64,000 nucleotides of DNA. It comes from Candidatus Poriferihabitaceae bacterium. Lineage in GTDB: Bacteria > Pseudomonadota > Gammaproteobacteria > Arenicellales > Poriferihabitantaceae. Position 1 is the stretch's first letter. Each line of letters begins with the position of its first letter. Below, in pieces: positions 1 to 10,280 of this stretch. Below the pieces are notes generated by a model that saw only the letters and a list, made by a program, of their open reading frames with translations, did not search any database and was not told the DNA's origin. The position numbers and the translations under genes were made by a program. The stretch spans positions 1,554,773 to 1,618,772 of the forward strand of contig CBDBBV010000002.1 of the NCBI GenBank assembly GCA_965203265.1, in the 5' to 3' direction.

Positions 1-229
1 CACTGTGAGGCCGCTGATGTGCCGCCATTTGTTGAGCGTCGACTGGCAGGGCTACCTGTACGACTGCGATTTCAATCAGATGCTGAAACTGCCGATGGCG
101 GCCAGCGGACGAAAGCAACTGTGGCAGATCACGCGGGCGCAACTGGAGAACGCGCCCATCGCTCTGGGCAAACACTGCTTCGGCTGCACCGCCGGTGCCG
201 GCAGCAGCTGCGGCGGGGCGCTCACTTGA
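1..229 (+). CDS. C-terminal end of a radical SAM/Cys-rich domain protein (ArsS-like), 5' truncated by the window edge
   Basis: ORF 5..229 is open to the window start. The C-terminal motif DWQGYLYDCDFNQML...CFGCTAGAGSSCGG matches the Cys-rich C-terminal domain of ArsS-type radical SAM proteins. Confidence 0.55.
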   Translation, partial: TVRPLMCRHLLSVDWQGYLYDCDFNQMLKLPMAASGRKQLWQITRAQLENAPIALGKHCFGCTAGAGSSCGGALT

Positions 230-289
230 TTTTGTCGGCGCATCGGTGTATCAAGGGATGATTTCGCTTATCGGAACTCGGAGCTGCCA

Positions 290-1285
290 ATGAACCCACC
301 CCCACGCAAAACCCCTCCCATCGAACCCGTCAGCGGCACGGTGTTGCCGAGATTTGCCGGGCCCTCGACCTTCTGCCGTCTGCCCGAATTGCGGGATGTG
401 CCCTATTGCGATGTCGCCATTCTCGGCATCCCCTTCGATTCCGGCACCAGTTACCGCCCCGGCGCCCGCTTCGGCCCGCAGGCAATCCGTCAGGCTTCGC
501 GCCATCTGCGCACCAACTTTCACCCGGCCTACGACACCGAGCCCTACCGAGATTTGCAGGTCGCCGACGCCGGCGATGTCGGCTGCAACCCGTTCAGCAT
601 TCAGGAGGCCATCGAGCAGATCGAGCAGGCGGCCACAGAATTGTTCGAGAAGGCCAATTCCATCGTCAGCCTCGGCGGCGACCATACCATCGCGCTGCCG
701 CTGTTGCGGGCGGTGAACAAGCAGGTCGAGCCCGGTCCCGTGGCGCTGGTGCATTTCGACGCCCATCTGGACACCTGGGACACCTATTTCAGCGCGCCCT
801 ACACCCACGGCACCCCGTTTCGCCGGGCGGCCGAAGAAGGGCTGTTCCGAGACGACGCCTCCATGCACATAGGCATTCGCGGGCCGCTATACAGTCGTCA
901 GGATCTCGAACAAGATCGGGAGCTGGGCTTCAAGGTGATCCACTGCGATGAACTGCAAAGCGAGGGCGTCGAGCATGTCGCCGCGAGAATCCGCCGACGA
1001 GTCGGCGACCACCCGTTGTATCTTTCCATCGATATCGACGTACTCGACCCCAGCCACGCGCCGGGCACCGGCACCCCCGAAATCGCCGGCATGAGCAGCC
1101 GCGAATTGGTCAACATCATTCGCGGATTGCAGGGGTTGAATCTGGTCGCGGCGGATATCGTGGAAGTGGCGCCGGCATATGACCACGCCGAAATCACCTC
1201 ACTGGCAGCCGCCACCATCGCTTTTGAGATGGTTAATTTGATTGCTTGTAGGGGCAAGAAGTTACCCGACAGTGGCGGAAGTTGA
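290..1285 (+). CDS. speB: agmatinase / ureohydrolase (arginase superfamily)
   Basis: 331-aa ORF with arginase-fold Mn-binding motifs (GGDHTI, DAHLD, SIDIDVLDP) and an agmatinase-type N-terminus (GIPFDSGTSYRPGARFGP). Confidence 0.8.
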   Translation: MNPPPRKTPPIEPVSGTVLPRFAGPSTFCRLPELRDVPYCDVAILGIPFDSGTSYRPGARFGPQAIRQASRHLRTNFHPAYDTEPYRDLQVADAGDVGCNPFSIQEAIEQIEQAATELFEKANSIVSLGGDHTIALPLLRAVNKQVEPGPVALVHFDAHLDTWDTYFSAPYTHGTPFRRAAEEGLFRDDASMHIGIRGPLYSRQDLEQDRELGFKVIHCDELQSEGVEHVAARIRRRVGDHPLYLSIDIDVLDPSHAPGTGTPEIAGMSSRELVNIIRGLQGLNLVAADIVEVAPAYDHAEITSLAAATIAFEMVNLIACRGKKLPDSGGS

Positions 1286-1336
1286 GCGAAACATGAACGG
1301 AAATCACGCTATCCACAAGGAATCGGTATCTGGAAA

Positions 1337-2257
1337 ATGATCATGCAGACCAGTCTCGATACGGGCATCGCCGAAGAATCGAAGACAAAAGCGAAACCCC
1401 CTCGCTGGATTGTTGCCACGGACTGCCGTGAGGCAATGGCATCCATGGGGAGCAAGAGTGTCTCTCTTATCGTTACCGATCCGCCCTATTTCATAGACGG
1501 CATGGGGGATGATTGGAACAATGATGCGTTGGAACGCAGAGTAAGGCCGCAAGGTGTTGTCGGTTCTCTTCCCATTGGAATGAAGTTTGATGTAACTCAG
1601 GGAATACGGCTACGGAAATTTCTCCAACCCATCGCAATGGAATGGATGAGAATCATCAAGCCCGGTGGGTTTGTCCTGTGTTTTTCCCAGAACAGGCTTG
1701 TTCACCATACCGCCATGGCCATAGAGACTTCCGGTTTCGAGATAAGGGATATTCTCGCTTGGCGTTACGAAGGTCAGGCGAAGGCATTCACGCAAAATCA
1801 TTTCATCCGCAAGCGGGATATACCGGAAAAGGAGAAACAACGTCTCTTGCGCAAGTTGGGCGATCGGAAAACTCCGCAGTTGAAGCCTCAATGCGAATTG
1901 ATCGTGCTGGGTCAGGCGCCGCGTGAGGGCACCTTTGTGGACAACTGGGACAAATGGGAAACCGGCTTGATCGATCCGCACGATCCACTCATTCAACCTG
2001 ACCGGTTTCCGGGAACCGTGATACCCGCAGCCAAACCGCGCAAAAGACATGGTCATATGACAACCAAGCCGGTCGATCTCCTGCGTCACCTCATCCGCAT
2101 TTTCTCCTCCGAAGATGCCGTGGTATTCGATCCGTTTTCAGGTTCCGGTTCCACTGGCGTGGCGGCGCGGTTGGAAGGCAGAAGATTCACGGGAGTGGAA
2201 ATCGACCGGAACATGGCGTTGAATGCGGAAAAGCGCATCGAGGCAATGATTATATGA
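1337..2257 (+). CDS. site-specific DNA methyltransferase (beta-class N6A/N4C; DPPY before FxGxG)
   Basis: Motif IV is IVTDPPYF near the N-terminus. Motif I is VFDPFSGSGSTGVAA near the C-terminus. GC is lower than the flanks. Confidence 0.85.
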   Translation: MIMQTSLDTGIAEESKTKAKPPRWIVATDCREAMASMGSKSVSLIVTDPPYFIDGMGDDWNNDALERRVRPQGVVGSLPIGMKFDVTQGIRLRKFLQPIAMEWMRIIKPGGFVLCFSQNRLVHHTAMAIETSGFEIRDILAWRYEGQAKAFTQNHFIRKRDIPEKEKQRLLRKLGDRKTPQLKPQCELIVLGQAPREGTFVDNWDKWETGLIDPHDPLIQPDRFPGTVIPAAKPRKRHGHMTTKPVDLLRHLIRIFSSEDAVVFDPFSGSGSTGVAARLEGRRFTGVEIDRNMALNAEKRIEAMII

Positions 2258-2937
2258 CCCTTCCTCATCCTGACCGGCTGCAAGCGGCATGGCTGGAGTT
2301 GCAAGAAATTCATCGGGAATATCTTGCCGTTCATCAGGTAAAGATTCCCTCGGCAACCCATTATGCGGATACCAACAAGTCTCTCTGGCTGGCCGTCTTG
2401 TATCTCTATCAGGACAGAGAAGTACACAAAAACACAATGTCCGCCATTGCGAAACGAGATATACCGAACGCAGCCGCGGATCAACAAGTAAGACACCTCA
2501 AGCGGGATGGATGGAGCATTGGCGACAAGCCAGGGCTTCACAGGCTGAATCCATATAAACCATCACTCGCTTTTTTGAACGCCGAAGCACGCCGACGAAG
2601 CAGACTTACCGCCTCGGATTTCGAGGGGATAAAGGAGGCTTACGGAAAACGATGCGCGACATGCGGCGCCACAGAGGGAAGACCGGATCCGCGCTATGGC
2701 GATGAAATGGTCGCATTGCAACAAGGACACCAAAATCCACACAAGCGAGGGGACGATAGGGAAAACATCATTCCGCAGTGCCAGTTTTGTAACCGAGCCT
2801 ACAAGGATGATTATGTATTCGACAACAAGGGGCGCGTTCGTGCCGTGGCAAGCATTCGCCCGGTGGAAAGAGCCAATGAAAATGTGCAACAAAAAATTCT
2901 CGATTGGCTTGTCGAAAAATTCAAGGGAAAACCATAA
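2254..2937 (+). CDS. putative HNH / beta-beta-alpha-Me type II restriction endonuclease, cognate to the upstream methyltransferase
   Basis: The start overlaps the methylase stop by 4 nt (ATGA at 2254-2257). It has a Cys4 plus HNH-like signature (CATCG...GHQNPH...IIPQCQFCN). It shares the methylase's lower GC. Confidence 0.6.
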   Translation: MTLPHPDRLQAAWLELQEIHREYLAVHQVKIPSATHYADTNKSLWLAVLYLYQDREVHKNTMSAIAKRDIPNAAADQQVRHLKRDGWSIGDKPGLHRLNPYKPSLAFLNAEARRRSRLTASDFEGIKEAYGKRCATCGATEGRPDPRYGDEMVALQQGHQNPHKRGDDRENIIPQCQFCNRAYKDDYVFDNKGRVRAVASIRPVERANENVQQKILDWLVEKFKGKP

Positions 2938-3034
2938 ATCATAATCGGGAAGACGCGCCGTCTCCACCTCATTTCCATGGCCGGAATGAATCGTATTTTG
3001 CTATAATGCCCGGCCTCCATCCCCGAGCCCGCCC

Positions 3035-3778
3035 ATGCCCCGCCCAAGTGGTCGCGAAAACGACGAATTGCGACCGATCTCCATCATCCGCCACTACACG
3101 CGGCACGCCGAGGGCTCCGTGTTGATCAGCTTCGGCGATACTCGGGTGCTGTGCAACGCCAGCATCGAGGAGAAAGTGCCCGTGTTCTTGCGCAGCAAAA
3201 ACCTGCGCAAGCAAAAACACGGGTGGATTACCGCGGAGTACGGCATGTTGCCGCGCGCCACCAACGAGCGCAACGCACGCGAAGCCGCTCGGGGTCGGCA
3301 GAGTGGCCGCGTTCTGGAAATCCAGCGATTGATCGGGCGCGCCCTTCGCGCTGTGGTCGATCTGCGGCGGCTCGGCGAACGCACCATCGTGCTCGACTGC
3401 GATGTCATTCAAGCCGACGGGGGCACTCGCACCGCCGCGATTTCCGGCGCATTTGTGGCGCTGGTGGACGCGGTCAACTGGCTGCGCCATCAGGACTTGA
3501 TCGACGAAAATCCGGTGCATCGCGCGCTCGCCGCGATCTCGGTCGGCGTCTTTGCAGGCGAGGTTGTCACCGATCTCGACTACGCCGAGGACAACCGCGC
3601 GGACACCGACATGAACGTGGTCATGGACGATCACGGCGGCCTGATCGAAATTCAGGGCACTGCCGAGGCCGCACCGTTCGACAGAGACACCTTGAATCGC
3701 ATGCTCGACCATGCGCAAACCGGCATCGAGCAGATTCTGCGCGTGCAACGGCAGGCGTTGATGGAGGGCGCCGACTAG
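3035..3778 (+). CDS. rph: ribonuclease PH
   Basis: N-terminus [40 protein letters not shown] and full-length similarity to RNase PH. Confidence 0.95.
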   Translation: MPRPSGRENDELRPISIIRHYTRHAEGSVLISFGDTRVLCNASIEEKVPVFLRSKNLRKQKHGWITAEYGMLPRATNERNAREAARGRQSGRVLEIQRLIGRALRAVVDLRRLGERTIVLDCDVIQADGGTRTAAISGAFVALVDAVNWLRHQDLIDENPVHRALAAISVGVFAGEVVTDLDYAEDNRADTDMNVVMDDHGGLIEIQGTAEAAPFDRDTLNRMLDHAQTGIEQILRVQRQALMEGAD

Positions 3779-3780
3779 CC

Positions 3781-4440
3781 ATGCGCATCGTCGCCGCCAC
3801 CGGCAACCACGGAAAATTGGCTGAAATCGGCACATTGCTCGCGCCGCACGGCTGGGAGGTCGTGGCGCAATCGGAATTCGCCTTCGCCCCCATTGAGGAA
3901 ACCGGCGCCACCTTCATCGAAAACGCCCTGCTCAAGGCGCGCCACGCCTGCGCCCACAGCGGCTTGGCCGCCATCGCCGACGACTCCGGGCTGGAAGTGG
4001 ATGCACTCGACGGCGCGCCCGGCATCCACTCCGCCAGATATGCGGGCGCGGGCGCATCGAATGCCGACAACATCCGCAAGCTGCTGGAAAATCTGCACGC
4101 CACCGCGACCGAACCCGCCCAGCGAACCGCGCGATTTCGCTGTGTGCTGGTGTACCTGCGCCACCGCGCCGACCCGTCGCCGCTCATCGGCAGCGGCGTC
4201 TGGGAGGGGCGCATCATCGACACCCCGGTCGGCGACAACGGATTCGGCTATGACCCGGTATTTTTTCTCGACGATCTTGGGAAAACCGCGGCGCAGCTGA
4301 CGCCATCGGCGAAGAATCGCCTGAGCCATCGCGCGCAGGCGCTTCGCCAACTGCGCGAGATGCTGGAATACGATAGTCGCAACAGTCGCAACCATCCCGT
4401 TGCACCCCGACTCAAGTCGGACGCGCGTCATGCATCTTGA
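3781..4440 (+). CDS. rdgB: dITP/XTP pyrophosphatase (RdgB/HAM1 family)
   Basis: Internal ATG at 3781, in frame within ORF 3151..4440. Sequence MRIVAATGNHGKLAEI...DDSGLEVDALDGAPGIHSARYAG...FGYDPVF is canonical RdgB. Confidence 0.9.
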   Translation: MRIVAATGNHGKLAEIGTLLAPHGWEVVAQSEFAFAPIEETGATFIENALLKARHACAHSGLAAIADDSGLEVDALDGAPGIHSARYAGAGASNADNIRKLLENLHATATEPAQRTARFRCVLVYLRHRADPSPLIGSGVWEGRIIDTPVGDNGFGYDPVFFLDDLGKTAAQLTPSAKNRLSHRAQALRQLREMLEYDSRNSRNHPVAPRLKSDARHAS

Positions 4441-6058
4441 AAAACTGAACACCTTTCAGGGCCGCCCCGGCCCACTGTTGCTGATCGTCATGGACGGCGT
4501 CGGCTTGGCGCCAAGCGGCGCGGCCAATGCGGTATCGCTGGCGAACACGCCGGTGCTGGACAAACTGCTGGCGTCCGAGCATCACACCCGATTGCACGCC
4601 CACGGCACGCATGTCGGCCTGTCCAGCGATCAGGAAATGGGCAACAGCGAAGTGGGGCACAACACGCTGGGGGGCGGTCGCATATTCGCTCAGGGCGCGA
4701 AGTTGGTCAAGCAAGCCGTGGAAGACGGCTCGATCTTTCGCAGCGAAATCTGGGGTGGAGTCGAGTCGCGCGGGCGGCGCGGCAACACCGTGCATTTCCT
4801 CGGCCTGCTGTCCGACGGCAATGTGCATTCCCACATCGACCACCTGTATGCGCTGCTCGAGCGCTGTCGCCAGTCGGCCGTCAAATCCGTGCGCATTCAC
4901 GCCCTGCTGGATGGCCGCGATGTCGCGCCCCGCTCGGCCACGAAATATCTGGCGCAACTCGAAACCCGACTGGCCACCATCAATCGCAGCCGTGGATTCG
5001 ACTACCGCATCGCTTCCGGCGGCGGGCGCATGGCCATCACCATGGATCGCTACCAAGCGGACTGGCAGATGGTCAAACGGGGATTCGACGCCCATGTCCA
5101 CGGAATCGGACGCGCGGTATCAAGCGCCGCGGCGGAAGTCCAGCGGCAACACGACGCCGACGCGGCGCTCTGCGATCAGTTTCTACAGCCCTTCGTCGTG
5201 GTTGACGACGACGGCCGAGCGGTCGGCGCGATGCAGTCCGGCGACGCGGTGGTGCTGTTCAATTTCCGTGGCGACCGGGCGATCGAAATCTCCCGGGCGA
5301 TGGAGGAAGAACAGTTCGATGAATTCGATCGCGGCCAAATGCCGGAGTTGTTTTTTTGCGGCATGTTGCAATACGACGGCGACCTGAATGTGCCGAGGCG
5401 CTATCTGGTCGACCCGCCGATGATCGATCGCACCATGGTCGAATTTCTCTGCGCCGAAAAAATGAAAACCTTTGCCGTCAGCGAGACGCAAAAATTCGGC
5501 CATGTTACCTATTTCTGGAACGGCAATCGCTCAGGCTACTTCGATGAAAACTTGGAAACCTGGGTGGAAATCCCGTCGGACAACATCGAATTCAGTCGTG
5601 CGCCGGCGATGAAGGCGGTGGAGATCACCGACGCCACCATCGAACTCATCCGCTCGGGGCAATACCGCTTCGGGCGAATCAACTTCGCCAATGGAGACAT
5701 GGTCGGCCACAGCGGCGACATCGACGCCACCGTGCAGGCCATGGAAGTGGTGGATCGGAGTATCGGCCGCCTGATCGAAGAGGTGTTGGCGTGCCGGGGC
5801 GCGGTCATCGTCACCGCGGATCACGGCAATGCGGATGAAATGTTCGTGGAAAGCAACGGCGAGCGCATCGTGCGCACCGCCCACAGTTTGAATCCGGTAC
5901 CCTTCGCCATCATCGACCCCCACGCGGATGATGCGTACACCATGGCGAATATCGAAAACCCCGGGCTGGCGAACGTCGCCGCAACGGTTTTCAACCTACT
6001 GGGGTATCGGGCGCCGCCGGACTACATGCCGTCCCTGATCGAATTTCCGGGGGAGTAG
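4430..6058 (+). CDS. gpmI: 2,3-bisphosphoglycerate-independent phosphoglycerate mutase
   Basis: LLIVMDGVGLAP...NSEVGHNTLGGGR...ADHGNADEM are iPGM motifs. The start is chosen at the second ATG (4430), which overlaps the rdgB stop. Confidence 0.9.
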   Translation: MHLEKLNTFQGRPGPLLLIVMDGVGLAPSGAANAVSLANTPVLDKLLASEHHTRLHAHGTHVGLSSDQEMGNSEVGHNTLGGGRIFAQGAKLVKQAVEDGSIFRSEIWGGVESRGRRGNTVHFLGLLSDGNVHSHIDHLYALLERCRQSAVKSVRIHALLDGRDVAPRSATKYLAQLETRLATINRSRGFDYRIASGGGRMAITMDRYQADWQMVKRGFDAHVHGIGRAVSSAAAEVQRQHDADAALCDQFLQPFVVVDDDGRAVGAMQSGDAVVLFNFRGDRAIEISRAMEEEQFDEFDRGQMPELFFCGMLQYDGDLNVPRRYLVDPPMIDRTMVEFLCAEKMKTFAVSETQKFGHVTYFWNGNRSGYFDENLETWVEIPSDNIEFSRAPAMKAVEITDATIELIRSGQYRFGRINFANGDMVGHSGDIDATVQAMEVVDRSIGRLIEEVLACRGAVIVTADHGNADEMFVESNGERIVRTAHSLNPVPFAIIDPHADDAYTMANIENPGLANVAATVFNLLGYRAPPDYMPSLIEFPGE

Positions 6059-6097
6059 CGCAGCCCGGCATTCCATTCGCCGGAGGAATCGCCAAGT

Positions 6098-6159
6098 CGG
6101 CCAGCGGTTCAGTAGAGTCGGCCAGCGCCTCAGTAAAACGGCCAGCGCCTCAGTACAAT
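6098..6159. repeat. three tandem copies (about 20-21 bp) of the rpsU 3' end, CGGCCAGCG(C/G)(C/T)TCAGTA
   Basis: Read directly. Copies lie at 6098-6118, 6119-6138 and 6139-6159. The last copy contains the rpsU Tyr-stop codons. Confidence 0.8.
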
Positions 6160-6365
6160 CGCCTGCGCCGCGCGCGTTGCCGGGACACGCGCTTCATTTC
6201 CCGGCGAACCGCGGCGTCGCTGTCGCGCTTTCGGATGGTGGTCGGTTTTTCGTAGCATTGGCGGCGGCGGGATTCGGTAAACACCCCGGCACGCTCGCAG
6301 GTTCGGCGAAATCGCCGCAAGATGACATCGAACGGCTCATTTTGCCGAACTTGTACGGATGGCAT
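6150..6365 (-). CDS. rpsU: 30S ribosomal protein S21
   Basis: [28 protein letters not shown]...RRRRLY, 71 aa. The start is the internal ATG at 6365 of ORF 6150..6443. Confidence 0.95.
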   Translation of the reverse strand: MPSVQVRQNEPFDVILRRFRRTCERAGVFTESRRRQCYEKPTTIRKRDSDAAVRREMKRVSRQRARRRRLY

Positions 6366-6513
6366 GCAATCAACTCCTAAGGGTCTGGCCCACAAATAAA
6401 AGGGGCGCGATTGTACAACGGGGCGGGGCGGCGTGTACACCACGCGGGTGCGACCGCCGTGGCGAAACTGCTAGAATTGCGCCCCCCAACCACGACCCAC
6501 GATCCATCACCCC

Positions 6514-7782
6514 ATGCCTGCCGCGCCGCCCCCTGATACGGATGCCGCTGCCCTGCGCGCCCGCCATCGACAATTCCGCGAGGACTACGCCCGACTGAAG
6601 GGGCTGTCCCTGTCTCTGGACATGACTCGCGGAAAACCCTCCGCGCAACAACTCGACCTGTCCAACCGGATTCTCGCCCTTCCGGGCACCGATTATGTGG
6701 ACGATGACGGCACCGACACGCGCAATTACGGCGGGCTGGACGGGCTGCCGGCAGCCAAGCGTTTGTTCGGCGACATCCTCGGCGTCGCGCCGCAGCACAT
6801 CATCGTCGGCGGCAATTCGAGCCTGAGCATGATGTACGATGCGCTGGCGCAAGCCTGCCAGTTCGGCGTGGTGGACGGAGATCGTCCGTGGAGCCGCATC
6901 GCCGGAAGAAAATTCATCTGCCCGACGCCCGGCTATGATCGGCACTTCCTCATAACCGAGCATCTTGGATTCGACTTGATCGCCGTGGAAATGGGTCGCG
7001 GCGGCCCCGACATGGATCGAGTGGAATCTCTGGTCGCCGGAGACGAGACCATCAAGGGAATCTGGTGCGTGCCCAAATACAGCAACCCCGACGGCGTGTG
7101 CTACAGCCGCGAGACGGTGAGGCGGCTGGCCGGCATGAAAACCGCGGCGGCGGATTTCCGCATCATCTGGGACAACGCCTACGCCGAGCACCACCTCGGC
7201 GACCACCGCCCCACGCTGGAAAACATCGCGCGCCACTGCGAATCGGCGGGCAATCCGAATCGGGTTCTCCAATTCGCCTCGACCTCGAAGATCTGCCATC
7301 CGGGCTCCGGCGTGGCCGCCCTGGCCGCCAGCCCCGCCAACATCGCCGAAGCCAAAACGCACATCGAGGTGAAGAGCATCGGGCCGGACAAGGTGAACCA
7401 ACTCAGGCTGCTGCGATTATGCGGCGATGTAGCCGCACTCCGAGCGCACATGAAAAAACATGCGGCACTCATCAAACCCAAATTCGACCTAGTGCTGGAA
7501 ATCCTACAGCGGGAACTCGGCGACCTGAACATCGCCCAATGGAGCAAACCCCAAGGCGGCTATTTCATCAACCTGAACACCGCCGACGGCCAAGCCAAGC
7601 GCGTAGTACAACTGGCCGAAGAAGCCGGAGTAAAACTGACCGCCGCCGGCGCAACCTACCCCTACGGCAAGGATCCACGCGACCGCAACATCCGCATCGC
7701 CCCGACCTTCCCACCGCTACCCGACCTCGAACAAGCGACCGAGGTACTGACGGCTTGCGTGAAACTTGCTGCGAGTGAATAA
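6514..7782 (+). CDS. PLP-dependent aminotransferase (class I/II fold)
   Basis: 422-aa ORF with aminotransferase-like architecture (YVDDDGTDTRNYGGLDGLP, NPDGVCYS, a FASTSK-type Lys region). Confidence 0.7.
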   Translation: MPAAPPPDTDAAALRARHRQFREDYARLKGLSLSLDMTRGKPSAQQLDLSNRILALPGTDYVDDDGTDTRNYGGLDGLPAAKRLFGDILGVAPQHIIVGGNSSLSMMYDALAQACQFGVVDGDRPWSRIAGRKFICPTPGYDRHFLITEHLGFDLIAVEMGRGGPDMDRVESLVAGDETIKGIWCVPKYSNPDGVCYSRETVRRLAGMKTAAADFRIIWDNAYAEHHLGDHRPTLENIARHCESAGNPNRVLQFASTSKICHPGSGVAALAASPANIAEAKTHIEVKSIGPDKVNQLRLLRLCGDVAALRAHMKKHAALIKPKFDLVLEILQRELGDLNIAQWSKPQGGYFINLNTADGQAKRVVQLAEEAGVKLTAAGATYPYGKDPRDRNIRIAPTFPPLPDLEQATEVLTACVKLAASE

Positions 7783-7858
7783 ACCTGCCATCGGATCAGA
7801 GAGTTTGCCGATCCGGAAGCGGGGGTTGCAGCCGAGCGATATGACGTCCGGCGACAGC

Positions 7859-9007
7859 ATGTTCGCGCGGCTTTGTCGGGCTGCTCTGGCCGGTATCCTG
7901 CTGCTCGGCATCTCCTCCTGTGCACACTTCGCGCCGCCACCAACCGGCATTGGCGAACCCCTTGGGTGGCGGCAAGTCGAGGGTTGGTTGCAGGATGATC
8001 ATGCCGAAGCTTGGCCGGCCCTGTTGGGCAGCTGTGAGGCGTTGGCCGACAAGCCGGAGTGGGGCGACCTGTGCGACGCGGCTCGCGGCATACGTGACCC
8101 CGACAACGAACTCGCTCGGTTATTCTTCGAGAGATGGTTCGTCCCCTATCGACTCTACGGGCGAGGCGGCGCTATCGAGGGCTTGATTACCGGCTACTAC
8201 GAACCGTTGTTGTTCGGTAGATTGACCCCCGACGAGCGCTATCGCTACCCGCTGTATGCGCCGCCGGAGACTTTGTTGTCCGTGGAGCTCGGTGAGCTGT
8301 ATCCCGAATTGGCCAAGCGGCGTGTTCGTGGTCGTCTGGTGGGGAACAAGGTGCTGCCATTTTATTCGCGCGCGCAAATCGATTCGGATCAATCGCTGCT
8401 GGCCGGCAACGAATTGATCTGGCTGGATGACCGCGATGCGGTGTTTTTCCTGCATATTCAGGGCTCCGGGCGCATCCGCCTGCCCGACGGCCGCATCATC
8501 GGCGCCGGTTATGCCGATCAGAACGGGCATCCGTATCTGGCCATCGGCAGGATTCTCCTCGAATGGAACGAACTCGAGCTGGAGGAAATATCGCTGTTCA
8601 CCATCCGCCAATGGCTGCGCGACAACCCCGAGCGCGCCGAGACACTACTCTTCCGCAATCCCAGCTATGTGTTCTTCACCCTGCGGGAGAACATCGCAAA
8701 CGGCCCCATCGGCACCCTCGGCATCCCCCTCACATCCGAGCGCAGCATCGCCGTCGACCGCGCGGTTGTGCCCCTCGGCGTACCCATCTGGCTGACCACC
8801 ACCTTCCCCGGCGACCCGAACCGTCCCTATCGGCGGCTCGTTCTCGCGCAGGACACCGGCGGCGCAATCAAGGGAAGCCATCGCGCCGACCTGTTCTGGG
8901 GGCATGGCGACCGCGCCGAACGAGCCGCCGGAGTCATGCGGGAACGCGGTTCGCTCATCGTGCTGTTGCCGAAGGCGAGCGGCGGCGAGGTTGCCGGATT
9001 GCCCTGA
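7859..9007 (+). CDS. mltA: membrane-bound lytic murein transglycosylase A (lipoprotein)
   Basis: MltA and 3D domain similarity (GYYEP...FFLHIQGSGR...AVDRAVVPLGVPIW...AQDTGGAIKG). The start at 7859 gives a lipobox, LLLGISSC. Confidence 0.85.
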   Translation: MFARLCRAALAGILLLGISSCAHFAPPPTGIGEPLGWRQVEGWLQDDHAEAWPALLGSCEALADKPEWGDLCDAARGIRDPDNELARLFFERWFVPYRLYGRGGAIEGLITGYYEPLLFGRLTPDERYRYPLYAPPETLLSVELGELYPELAKRRVRGRLVGNKVLPFYSRAQIDSDQSLLAGNELIWLDDRDAVFFLHIQGSGRIRLPDGRIIGAGYADQNGHPYLAIGRILLEWNELELEEISLFTIRQWLRDNPERAETLLFRNPSYVFFTLRENIANGPIGTLGIPLTSERSIAVDRAVVPLGVPIWLTTTFPGDPNRPYRRLVLAQDTGGAIKGSHRADLFWGHGDRAERAAGVMRERGSLIVLLPKASGGEVAGLP

Positions 9008-9025
9008 CCGATCCAACCGTCCGCC

Positions 9026-10132
9026 TCAGTCGTAACGGTAACGCTGCCGAATTTCATCTCCGGCCAGCTGCGCGCGCCACCCCGTGAACAGTGGCAAATC
9101 GGTCTTGCCGCGCACAAAACTTTCGATTTCCTGCCGATTGGCGAATAGCGACCGGCTGATCTCCGCCTGTTGCGCGCGGCATTCCAGCAGATTCATGATC
9201 TTCTTCACCCGGCCACGCTGTTCGGGCGTCAATATCAGCGGCGGGCAGAACCCTTCCGTTTCCGCCCCTGCGTCTTGGGAGTTCTTGTGCACCAGGGCGA
9301 TGATTTTCCCGCCGAGACGCTTGACCGTGCGCGGGCTGATTTCCGCGATTCCCGCCAGTTTCTCCAGCGTATCCGGGCGGCGGCGGCAGATTTCCAGCAA
9401 CACTGGCGTCGGCAGAATCCAGCCGCGCGGCAGATTGCGCGCCTGCGCTCTGCGCTCCCGCCACACGGCCAGCTCTCTGGCGCAGGCCCAGCCGGCGGCG
9501 TCCAGACGACCGACGCCCTTGAGACGCAACCACGCATCATTCGGGTCGAAGCGATAGTTCGCCGGGGCGACCGCGGCATCGCATTCGGCGCGGTGCCACT
9601 CGACTCGGCCTTTTTGCGCGAGCAGGCGGTCGAGGGCTTGGTGGAGGGGGTGCAGGTAGGCGACATCGTCCAGAGCGTATTGCAGCTGCGCGTGAGGCAA
9701 GGGGCGGCGACTCCAGTCGGCGCGGGTATGCGCTTTCGGCAAATGCACCGCGCACACCGAGGCGACCAGCGCCGCGTAGCTCACCTGATCGCCGTAGCCG
9801 CAAAACGCCGCCGCCAACTGGGTGTCGTACAGGTTGCCGGCGCGCACCGCCATGCGGGTGTCGAGGGCTTCCAAGTCCTGTCGGCAGGAATGGAAAATCT
9901 TGGTCACTTCGGAGTCGCCGAGCAACTCGCCCAGCGGCGACAGGTCGTCCACGGCCAACGGGTCGATGCACGCCGAAAACCCCGCATTGGCGACCTGAAT
10001 CAGGCACAGCATCGGCGCGTAGGTGCGCTCGCGCACGAATTCCGTGTCCATCGCCACCCACCCCGACCGGCGGATGGCGTCGATGCATTCACGCAGTTCG
10101 CCGTCGGTGCGGATCATGGTTATCGTGCCCAT
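9026..10132 (-). CDS. rnd: ribonuclease D
   Basis: DEDD exonuclease motifs (VAMDTEFVRERTY, HSCRQDLEAL, YALDDVAYL) plus an HRDC-like C-terminus. The upstream part of ORF 9026..10378 overlaps the divergent mpl, so an internal start (10132 or 10117) is preferred. Confidence 0.85.
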   Translation of the reverse strand: MGTITMIRTDGELRECIDAIRRSGWVAMDTEFVRERTYAPMLCLIQVANAGFSACIDPLAVDDLSPLGELLGDSEVTKIFHSCRQDLEALDTRMAVRAGNLYDTQLAAAFCGYGDQVSYAALVASVCAVHLPKAHTRADWSRRPLPHAQLQYALDDVAYLHPLHQALDRLLAQKGRVEWHRAECDAAVAPANYRFDPNDAWLRLKGVGRLDAAGWACARELAVWRERRAQARNLPRGWILPTPVLLEICRRRPDTLEKLAGIAEISPRTVKRLGGKIIALVHKNSQDAGAETEGFCPPLILTPEQRGRVKKIMNLLECRAQQAEISRSLFANRQEIESFVRGKTDLPLFTGWRAQLAGDEIRQRYRYD

Positions 10133-10280
10133 CGCGCCAATGGTATCATCCCGCGAGTTGCCGCCGATGAGAAACCATAATGATCCGCCCATCGCCCAAT
10201 TCCCCCCGATGCCAAGCCGAACGCCCGCAATGCCCGCACGATCCGCCGACCGGCGGATTTTCCACTGCGTCGGTGGCCGC

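Noticed and set aside
3151-3780. A long N-terminal extension of the rdgB ORF (the 429-aa version).
   Set aside because: It overlaps rph out of frame and is Arg-rich nonsense. Canonical RdgB starts at MRIVAATGN (3781).
6098-6159. Short tandem repeats here, and at 34591-34633 and 55213-55257, considered as a possible CRISPR array.
   Set aside because: The units are only 9-21 bp, directly abutting without spacers, and lie within or at the ends of genes. No cas genes are present.
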